Below are positions 11,008-21,200 of a stretch of DNA of 64,000 nt, in pieces. A program made the translations under genes and the position numbers. Origin of the DNA: Eledone cirrhosa. Taxonomy: Eukaryota. The notes beneath the pieces were generated by a model. That model made no database searches and had not been told where the DNA came from. It was given only the letters and a program-made list of their open reading frames with translations. Where the stretch lies: NCBI GenBank assembly GCA_964016885.1, contig OZ024742.1:4340001-4404000 (forward strand), given 5' to 3'. Each line of letters opens with the position of its first letter. The first letter of the stretch is position 1.

Positions 11008-11010
<3 letters not shown>
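10826..11010 (+). mobile_element. Family-A copy with 47-bp fold-back arms (10826-10872 / 10884-10930) and an 80-bp tail
   Basis: Inverted repeat plus family tail ending CCTTCGTTA; (TA)n on both sides. Confidence 0.8.
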
Positions 11011-11065
<55 letters not shown>

Positions 11066-11120
11066 TGCGTGTGTTTCTTATTGGCAACATGACCCTCCCA
11101 TATATATATATATATATATA

Positions 11121-11465
11121 TGGCGTTGATGTTGGTGTCGTGTTGGTATTGTAGTTCTTGTTGCTGGTGTCTCATGGTGGTGGTATCATAGTTCTTGGTA
11201 GTGGTGGAGTGTTGGTGGTGGTGGGATTCTGATGTTTCTTACAGTTGGTGGTGGTGATGGTGTCGTGGTTATTATTGAAGTTGGTGGCGGTGTCCTGGTT
11301 GATGATTTAGTTGTTGTTGTTGTTGGTGTTCTGGTTATTGTTGGTGCTGGTGTCGCGGTTGTTGTTGTTGGTGGGGTTGCTGTTGCTATTGGTTGTGTTG
11401 GTGTCGTGGTTGCTGTTGGTGGTGGTGTTGGTGTCGTGGTTGCTGTTGGTGGGGGGTGGAGGTGT
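11121..11465. repeat. Degenerate (GGT/GTT)n low-complexity tract
   Basis: Directly visible. Confidence 0.85.
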
Positions 11466-11569
11466 TAATTCTATGGTATCTTTATAATATAAACGCCACG
11501 AAAAGTTTTCAATTAGTATTTGTAAATTACACTCAAAAGTATATATTTATTCACTTACAAACACGTACA

Positions 11570-11784
11570 CATACTTACATACATATATACATACATACAT
11601 ACATGCATACATACATACACACATACATACATACATACATGCATACATACATACATACATACATACTTAGACACATACATGCATACATACATACATACAT
11701 ACATACATACATACATACATACATACATACATACATACATACAAAACACGCGTTTTAAAAATGTGTACAGACAGATAGTGAGAC

Positions 11785-11839
<55 letters not shown>

Positions 11840-11875
11840 CAGGCATATGGGTGGAGAGAGAGATAGATAGACAGG
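11570..11875. repeat. (TACA)n and (GATA)n tetranucleotide microsatellites
   Basis: Directly visible. Confidence 0.95.
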
Positions 11876-12961
11876 CGGGTTGACAAAAATATAATTAGAT
11901 AGAATCCATGAAAAAAGCCAGCTCCTAGACAATGTTCAAATAATCTTACAATTATATGCAATTACATAAAATATTCCTTAAGGAAAAATATGAGTATGTA
12001 TATTTATATATAAGTAGTTATGTAATAAACAACATAAGATAATTATTTCATTTACCAGTGGTTTCTTGAAGGCAGATGTTATGTCTGTCTTCAGTCGTCA
12101 GAATGAATATATATATGTGTGTGTGTGTGTATGCATGTATATGTAAATATGTATATGTAAATATGTGTATACATATGTATATCTATTGTATGACGATGCA
12201 TGTTTTTATTAACACATGAGTGTTTATGTGTGTGTATGAGAACATATGTATATATATTTATATATATATGTGAGTATATGTATGGAGATGCATGTATATA
12301 TAAACATAGTAGTGTGTGTGTGTATGTTAGTGTGTGTCTGTGTATGTGTGTGCGTGTGTGTATGTGTGTGTGTGTATGTGTATGTATGTTCGTGTGTGGT
12401 GTGTGTGTGTCTGTGTGTCTGTGTATGTGTGTGTATGTGTGTCTGTGTGTGTGTCTGTGTATGTGTGTATGCAAGCAATTACTGCCAAGTTGATGTGATT
12501 TAGTCGATAATACATATGTAAGGTCTCTCATTAAAGTGGCCGAAGCTGTACCAGTCGTTTCTCGACTTATTTGCTAAGCTCATTTATACATGCTAAACTG
12601 GGACGTTAAACTTCATCTCTACCCTATATGGATTTGTGGCTGCCTGTGTATTGTCGCTGTTTAGAGGACCAGCTTACCACTGCAGCAATAGTGGGGTTAC
12701 ATAGGACCTTATAACCATAAAATATTGCTCTATTTCAGACGGAAATGTATTTGGATGGAGATTTTGGTTGCTATTTCTAGCAGGTCAACTGCGATCTAGA
12801 AAGGTATCGTATGTGGATCTATGTAGTGGATTCCTATGTAGATTTTCCTGAGTGTATATATGCATTTCAACATACACACACAAACACATACACATATGTA
12901 TATTGCTTTACATACATTTATATATAAATATGCGTGTACGTGTAGTTATACACACACACGA

Positions 12962-13002
<41 letters not shown>

Positions 13003-13062
13003 GCTTCTGTTTGTACCAAAACAATATGTATTTATTTATGTATATATATATATATATGTATG

Positions 13063-13115
<53 letters not shown>

Positions 13116-13240
13116 ATGTATATATGTATGTATGTATGTCGCTGGCTGGACTAAAAAGTCACACTCGTTCAGCGCATCAGTAAGGGTTCTCCTACATGGA
13201 TATAAAGTAGTGGCCGTACTCGAAAACGAGTTGGCAGCCA

Positions 13241-13282
<42 letters not shown>

Positions 13283-13347
13283 GTATGTATGTAAATACAA
13301 GTATGTAAGTATGTATGTATGCATATGTAAACACAAGTATGTATGTA

Positions 13348-13379
<32 letters not shown>

Positions 13380-13400
13380 CTGGATCTACCAACTCATAAT

Positions 13401-13578
13401 TGTTTCTACTTTAGGCACAAGGCCAGCAATTACCTAGTGCATTACTGGTACTTTATTTTATCGACCCCGTAAGGATGAAAGGCAAAGTCAACGTCGGCGG
13501 GATTTGAACTCAGATCGTAAAGGGACGTAACTATGCTGGAAAGCATGGCGTCCGACCCTCTACCGATACTGCCAATCC
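13401..13578 (-). mobile_element. tRNA-derived SINE with a 13-bp target-site duplication
   Basis: ACCAACTCATAAT at 13388-13400 and 13579-13591; B-box-like GAGTTCAAATCC on the minus strand; body CTGGTACTTTATTTTATCGACCCCG..GGATGAAAGGCAAAGTC. Confidence 0.85.
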
Positions 13579-13909
13579 ACCAACTCATAATATTATAATA
13601 TTATAAAATTAAATCAAAAAAAGTATTTTAACACTACAAGTGAAGTCATTCTTTTCCTCTTTTTTTTCAAATATACCTAACTGTACCAAGGATCGCACAC
13701 ATTTTCCCATATATATGTGTGTGTGGGGGGGGGGGGGGGGGGGTGATTGTCTATGTATCAATATATGTATGAATGCAGCTTTGGTTTGCGTAAAAATCTA
13801 TAAAACAACCAAAATTTGTAAACAGATCTATATACACAAACACATGTATATGGATTTGTGTATGTGCTTGTATTTGTGTGTATGTGCTTGTATGTCTGTA
13901 TATGTGTGT

Positions 13910-14185
13910 GTAGGCCATGTGCCTTGGTGGTTAGGGTTTGGTGCTGTGTGCTGTATTATCTACCTTGGTTAGGGTTTTCCACTCACAAGTTGGTGCTGTG
14001 CGGTGCATTATGTCACTTCAGCAAAACGCTTTATTTCACTCTTCTCTAATCCACTGACCTGGTAATAAACGAGTTGTACCAGCTTTGTCACACACGATAC
14101 CACTGAATCTCCCTGAGAATTACGGCAAGAGTACACGTATCTGTGATATTATCAGACATGTGTACGTTCATTTCACGAACAGGCA
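13910..14185 (+). mobile_element. Degenerate SINE, probably the same family as 5833-5947
   Basis: TGGTGGTTAGGG head and TGCATTATGTCACTTCAGCAAAACGCTTTATTTCAC, similar to TGCGTTATGTCCTTGAGCAAGACACTTTATTTCAC. Confidence 0.6.
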
Positions 14186-14220
14186 TTACAGAAGGTTGGT
14201 CCAATAACAAAAACAAACTC

Positions 14221-15012
14221 TAGTTGTTAATGTGTGTGTGTGTGTATAGTTGTTAGTGTGTGTGTAGTTGTTTGTGTGTGTGTATAGTTGTTACTGTATG
14301 TGTGTAGTTGTTAGTGTGTGTGTGTAGTTGTTAGTGTGTGTGTGTAGTTGTTAGTGTGTGTGTAGTTGTTAGTGTGTGTGTGTGTAGTTGTTAGTGTGTG
14401 TATGTATAGTTGTTAGTGTGTGTGTGTAGTTGTTACTGTGTATGTGTGTAGTTGTTAGTGTGTGTGTGTAGTTGTTAGTGTGTGTGTAGTTCTTAGTGTG
14501 TGGGTAGTTGTTAGTATGTGTGTGTGTAGCTGTTAGTGTGTGTGTGTATAGTTGTTAATGCGTGTGTGTGTAGTTGTTAGTGTGTGTGTAGTTATTAGTG
14601 CGTGTGTAGCTGTTAGTATGTGTATGTATAGTTGTTAGTGTGTGTGTGTAGTTGTTACTGTGTGTGTGTAGTTGTTAGTGTGTGTGTGTGTGTAGTTGTT
14701 AGTGTGTGTGTGTGTAGTTGTTAGTGTGTGTGTAGTGTTAGTATGTGTGTGTGTAGTTGTTAGTGTGTGTGTGTAGTTGTTAGTGTGTGTGTCGTTGTTA
14801 GTGTGTGTGTGTAGTTGTTAGTGTGTGTGTGTAGTTGTTAGTGTGTGTGTAGTTGTTAGTGTGTGTGTAGTTGTTAGTGTGTGTATGTAGTTGTTAGTGT
14901 GTGCGTAGTTGTTAGTGTGTGTGTAGTTGTTAGTGTGTGTGTGTAGTTGTTAGTGTGTGTGTAGTTGTTAGTGTGTGTATGTAGTTGTTAGTGTGTGCGT
15001 AGTTGTTAGTGT
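14221..15012. repeat. Minisatellite of AGTTGTTA-(GT)n units, variable length about 18-26 bp
   Basis: Roughly 40 units with a constant AGTTGTTA core and a variable GT tract. Confidence 0.95.
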
Positions 15013-15402
15013 CTGTGTATACGTGTGTTTATGGTTGCATGTTTGTGTGCGTGTGTGAGAAACAGTTTTTTGCGTGTATATATATATATATATATACACA
15101 TTATTAATGGCATTTGGTGAGTCCATATATGTGTGTGTATGTGTGAGTGTATATGTGTGTGTGTATGTGTGAGTGTATGTGTGTGTGAGTGTATAAGTGT
15201 GTGTGCATGTGTGCGTGTGTATGTGAATGTGTTGGAGGTCACTTGCGTGCATGTGTTGTACATGTGTGTGTGTGCATACATATGTAGATATCTGCATATG
15301 TATACACATACTCCTTTCAGTGTGGTTGTCTGTCGCTAGCTTGCAGGAACGTGTATTATGTATGTGAGTGTGTCTGTGTGTGTGTGTGTCTGCTGTTTGA
15401 GA

Positions 15403-15445
<43 letters not shown>

Positions 15446-15558
15446 GGGGGGGGTATATATGTGTGTGGGGGGTGGGTGTATGTATATATATATATATATG
15501 TGTGTGTGTGTGGGTGTGTGTGAGTAAATATATGTGTGTGTGTGTGTATATATATATA

Positions 15559-15589
<31 letters not shown>

Positions 15590-15606
15590 GTGTGTGTGTG
15601 TATGTA

Positions 15607-15668
<62 letters not shown>

Positions 15669-15882
15669 TCTCCTTCCAAACGCCTATACGTATATGCTAC
15701 TTGCATGTGTATGGGTGCTGTCCCTTGTGTTGACAAGCCAAATGATGCTGACAACATCCGTGGCCGCTAGGTGACACTAGGTGTCAGCTAGGTTTACGTT
15801 GAAGTTCATTCTGCCTGTCACGAAACTAATGAGAAGGTTCTGTCGTTGGAAGTGTAAGGGCGGTAGATGGCAGCACCTATAG

Positions 15883-17135
15883 TAGCAGCAACAACAACAA
15901 CAGTTGAAGCAGCAACAGTAACAACAGCAGCAGAGACTATAGCAGCAGCAGCCATAATAGTAGTAAAGACAGCAGTATAAACAGTAACTCAGCAACATAT
16001 ATAAGAGAAGTAACAACAACAACAACAGCAACAGCAGCAATACCAGCAGCAGCAACACCAACGACAACAGCAGCAGCAGCAACTACTGAATCAGGAGCAA
16101 CAACAGCAACAGTGATATAAAGAATAGTAGCAGCAGCAACAGCAACAACATATAAATAAAAGGAAAAAAAAACAGCAGTAATAGGAGCTCAGCAGCAGCA
16201 AAAACAGCAGCAGCAGTAATAACAACAGCAGCAACAGCAGACATAATATCAGCTGTAACAGCAACAGCAGCATCAGCAACAGCAGCATCAGCAGCAGTAA
16301 CAACAGCAACACCATCAACGGTAACAAAATCAGCTGTAACAGGAACAGTAGTATCAGCAGCACTAACAACAGCAGCACCAGTAGCAATATCAGCAGCAGG
16401 CTAAGACAGCAACACCATCAACAGCAACAGTTATAACAACAACAACAACAACAACAGCAGCTATAACAACAACAATAACAACAATAACAGCAACAACAAC
16501 AACAACAGCAGCAACGGCAGCAGTGACACCAACAGCAGCAACAGCAGCAGTGACAACAACAACAGCAGCAATAACAGCAGCAATGACAACAACAACAGCA
16601 GCAATAACAGCAGCAATGACACCAACAGCAGCAACAACATCACTGACAACAACAACAGCAGCAATAACAGCAGCAGTCACACCAACAGCAGCTATATCAA
16701 TAAAAACAACAGCAGCAACGGCAGCAGTGATAACAACAACATCAGCAATAACAGCAGCAGTTACAGCAACAGCAATAACAGCAGCAGTGACACCACCAGC
16801 AGCAACGACAGCAGTGACAGCAACAACAGCAGCAATAACAGCAGCAGTGATAACAACAACAGCAGCAACACAGCAGCAGTCACACCAACAGCAATAACAG
16901 CAGGAGTGACAGCACCAACAACAGCAATAACAGCAGCAACGGCAACAACAGCAGCAATAACAGCAGCAGTCACCCCAACAGCAGCAACGGCATCAGTGAC
17001 AGCAACCACAGCAGCAACAATATCAGCAGTGACAACAACAACAACAACAGCAATAACAGCAGCTGTCACACCAACAACAATAACAGCAGCAGTCACACCA
17101 ATAGCAGCAACGGTGACAACAACAACGACAACCCT
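15883..17135. repeat. Degenerate (CAG/CAA)n tract whose right half has a higher-order ACAGCAGCAATAACAGCAGCAGTGAC unit
   Basis: Directly visible. Confidence 0.92.
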
Positions 17136-17377
17136 AACCACAAAGCCACGGTCCTTGACACTAAGATGGCATCAAATATGAAATTGCTGTCTCCGATTCT
17201 CTGAAAGATAAAGATACGTCGAATAGTGTTGTATGAGGCGTGTATGTATATATGTGTATGCGTGTATGTATGTATATGTGTGTGTGCGTGTATGTATGTG
17301 TGTGTGTATGTATGTGTGTGTATGCATGTGTGTGCGTATATGTGTGTATGTGCGTGTGTATGTATGTATCTATATAT

Positions 17378-17820
17378 GTCGGGTCACTCTAGAGTGCTAC
17401 TGGTAACAACCTGTCGCATGGTCGGGTCGTCGGCGACTAAACCGGTAACCCCACCAAGTTTACTTGGTGAGGAGGGTGATTTTGGACACCCTGCAGGACA
17501 AAAAACAAAACCTGACAAAGGGCGGAAGAACTCATAAGAGTCAACGGCCATCCGAAATTGTGTAAATATGTATATAGACATATACCGCCTGGTTAAACCA
17601 CTGGGAGCGAAGGACCCCTAGCCTTTGTTAGGACATTCTTCTAGGAGAAGGCAACTCAGGAAACTGGGATAACTCCGATATAAAACCTGCGGCTCAGTAG
17701 TTACCGATGATGTTGAACTTCTCTTCTTTTCGGGTTATAGCTACTGTCGCCCAGAGAGTGGGATTGGCTCAGTGCACAGTCTTTCTTCACTTTAAAAAAT
17801 ATCTTCATGCACAGGCATTG
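17378..17820 (+). mobile_element. 5' region of an RTE-like non-LTR retroelement, copy 1
   Basis: Motifs GGCGACTAAAC, CTAGGAGAAGGCAACTC..AAACC and GTGGGATTGGCTCAGTGCAC..CACTTTAAAAA..GCACAGGC resemble RTE-clade 5' UTRs (from recall). A homologous second copy lies at about 18050-18240. Confidence 0.6.
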
Positions 17821-18049
17821 CACGATAGAATTAATTAATAATTATTAATAATGGTATACCGTGCAACGAGGGGGCAGCCATCATGTATATATGTATGTAT
17901 GTGTGTATGTATGGGTGTATATGTGTATGTATGTGTGTGTATGTGTGCATGTGTGTATGTATGTGTGTATGTATGTGTGTATATGTATGTATGTATGTGT
18001 ATGTGTGCGTATGTATGTATGTGTGTGTATGCGTGTGTGTCCAGGGAGA

Positions 18050-18240
18050 GACATGGATAAGCTCGGTTTGGTGTCTGAGTGAATGGTTGCCCCACTGAAA
18101 GTGAGCGACACCTAGTTATTGTTAAGACATTCTAGGAGAAGGAAAACTGAAGTGACGCGATGGCAGCCAATGATGTTGACCTTGATACCTGTCACTGTTG
18201 GTCAGAGAGTGGGATTGATCCAGTGTAAGGCCTTGTCACT
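18050..18240 (+). mobile_element. Diverged second copy of the same element, running directly into the satellite
   Basis: Collinear blocks shared with copy 1: CCACTG, CCTAG, TTGTTA(A/G)GACATTCT, CTAGGAGAAGG.AA, ATGATGTTGA.CTT, then ACTGT....CAGAGAGTGGGATTG. Confidence 0.75.
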
Positions 18241-21200
18241 GTTGGTCAGAGAGTGGGATTGGTCCAGTGTAAGGTCTTGTCACTGTTGGTCAGAGAGTAG
18301 GATTGGTCCAGTGTAAGGCCTTGTCACTGTTGGTCAGAGAGTGGGATTGGTCCAATGTAAGGCCTTGTCACTGTTGGTCAGAGAGTGGGATTGGTCCAAT
18401 GTAAGGCCTTGTAACTGTTGGTCAGAGAGTAGGATTGGTCCAATGTAAGGCCTTGTCACTGTTGGTCAGAGAGTGGGATTGGTCCAATGTAAGGCCTTGT
18501 CACTGTTGGTCAGAGAGTAGGATTGGTCCAATGTAAGGCCTTGTCACTGTTGGTCAGAGAGTAGGATTGGTCCAGTGTAAGGCCTTGTCACTGTTGGTCA
18601 GAGACTGGGATTGGTCCAATGTAAGGCCTTGTCACTGTTGGTCAGAGAGTGGGATTGATCCAGTGTAAGGCCTTGTCACTGTTGGTCAGAGAGTAGGATT
18701 GGTCCAATGTAAGGCCTTGTCACTGATGGTCAGAGAGTAGGATTGGTCCAATGTAAGGCCTTGTCACTGTTGGTCAGAGAGTAGGATTGGTCCAATGTAA
18801 GGCCTTGTCACTGTTGGTCAGAGAGTAGGATTGGTCCAGTGTAAGGCCTTGTCACTGTTGGTCAGAGAGTAGGATTGGTCCAATGTAAGGCCTTGTCACT
18901 GTTGGTCAGAGAGTAGGATTGGTCCAATGTAAGGCCTTGTCACTGTTGGTCAGAGAGTAGGATTGGTCCAATGTAAGGCCTTGTCACTGTTGGTCAGAGA
19001 GTAGGATTGGTCCAATGTAAGGCCTTGTCACTGTTGGTCAGAGAGTAGGATTGGTCCAATGTAAGGCCTTGTCACTGTTGGTCAGAGAGTAGGATTGGTC
19101 CAATGTAAGGCCTTGTCACTGTTGGTCAGAGAGTAGGATTGGTCCAATGTAAGGCCTTGTCACTGATGGTCAGAGAGTAGGATTGGTCCAGTGTAAGGCC
19201 TTGTAACTGTTGGTCAGAGAGTAGGATTGGTCCAATGTAAGGCCTTGTCACTGTTGGTCAGAGAGTAGGATTGGTCCAATGTAAGGCCTTGTCACTGTTG
19301 GTCAGAGAGTAGGATTGGTCCAATGTAAGGCCTTGTCACTGATGGTCAGAGAGTAGGATTGGTCCAGTGTAAGGCCTTGTAACTGTTGGTCAGAGAGTAG
19401 GATTGGTCCAATGTAAGGCCTTGTCACTGTTGGTCAGAGAGTAGGATTGGTCCAATGTAAGGCCTTGTCACTGTTGGTCAGAGAGTAGGATTGGTCCAAT
19501 GTAAGGCCTTGTCACTGTTGGTCAGTGAGTAGGATTGGTCCAATGTAAGGCCTTGTCACTGATGGTCAGAGAGTAGGATTGGTCCAGTGTAAGGCCTTGT
19601 AACTGTTGGTCAGAGAGTAGGATTGGTCCAGTGTAAGGCCTTGTAACTGTTGGTCAGAGAGTAGGATTGGTCCAATGTAAGGCCTTGTAACTGTTGGTCA
19701 GTGAGTAGGATTGGTCCAGTGTAAGGCCTTGTCACTGTTGGTCAGAGAGTAGGATTGGTCCAATGTAAGGCCTTGTAACTGTTGGTCAGAGAGTAGGATT
19801 GGTCCAGTGTAAGGCCTTGTAACTGTTGGTCAGTGAGTAGGATTGGTCCAGTGTAAGGCCTTGTCACTGTTGGTCAGAGAGTAGGATTGGTCCAATGTAA
19901 GGCCTTGTAACTGTTGGTCAGAGAGTAGGATTGGTCCAGTGTAAGGCCTTGTCACTGTTGGTCAGAGAGTATGATTGGTCCAGTGTAAGGCCTTGTCACT
20001 GTTGGTCAGTGAGTAGGATTGGTCCAGTGTAAGGCCTTGTCACTGTTGGTCAGAGAGTAGAATTGGTCCAGTGTAAGGCCTTGTCACTGTTGGTCAGAGA
20101 GTAGGATTGGTCCAATGTAAGGCCTTGTCACTGTTGGTCAGTGAATAGGATTGGTCCAGTGTAAGGCCTTGTCACTGTTGGTCAGAGATAGGATTGGTCC
20201 AGTGTAAGGCCTTGTCACTGTTGGTCAGTGAGTAGGATTGGTCCAGTGTAAGGCCTTGTCACTGTTGGTCAGAGAGTAGGATTGGTCCAGGGTAAGGCCT
20301 TGTCACTGTTGGTCAGAGAGTAGGATTGGTCCAGTGTAAGGCCTTGTCACTGTTGGTCAGAGAGTAGGATTGGTCCAATGTAAGGCCTTGTCACTGTTGG
20401 TCAGAGAGTAGGATTGGTCCAATGTAAGGCCTTGTCACTGTTGGTCAGAGAGTAGGATTGGTCCAATGTAAGGCCTTGTCACTGTTGGTCAGAGAGTAGG
20501 ATTGGTTCAATGTAAGGCCTTGTCACTGTTGGTCAGAGAGTAGGATTGGTCCAATGTAAGGCCTTGTCACTGATGGTCAGAGAGTAGGATTGGTCCAATG
20601 TAAGGCCTTGTCACTGTTGGTCAGAGAGTAGGATTGGTCCAATGTAAGGCCTTGTCACTGTTGGTCAGAGAGTAGGATTGGTTCAATGTAAGGCCTTGTC
20701 ACTGTTGGTCAGAGAGTAGGATTGGTCCAATGTAAGGCCTTGTCACTGATGGTCAGAGAGTAGGATTGGTCCAATGTAAGGCCTTGTCACTGTTGGTCAG
20801 AGAGTAGGATTGGTCCAATGTAAGGCCTTGTCACTGTTGGTCAGAGAGTAGGATTGGTCCAATGTAAGGCCTTGTCACTGATGGTCAGAGAGTAGGATTG
20901 GTCCAATGTAAGGCCTTGTCACTGATGGTCAGAGAGTAGGATTGGTCCAATGTAAGGCCTTGTCACTGATGGTCAGAGAGTAGGATTGGTCCAATGTAAG
21001 GCCTTGTCACTGTTGGTCAGAGAGTAGGATTGGTCCAATGTAAGGCCTTGTCACTGATGGTCAGAGAGTAGGATTGGTCCAATGTAAGGCCTTGTCACTG
21101 TTGGTCAGAGAGTAGGATTGGTCCAGTGTAAGGCCTTGTCACTGTTGGTCAGAGAGTAGGATTGGTCCAGTGTAAGGCCTTGTCACTGTTGGTCAGAGAG

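Noticed and set aside
15777-16680. Poly-Leu/poly-Gln/poly-Val ORFs
   Set aside because: Products of the CAG/CAA tract with stops and frameshifts and no domain context.
18104-18118. CTCF-like motif TAACTAGGTGTCGCT on the minus strand at the satellite edge
   Set aside because: It lies within the retroelement copy and aligns to a non-matching segment of copy 1, so it is likely incidental.
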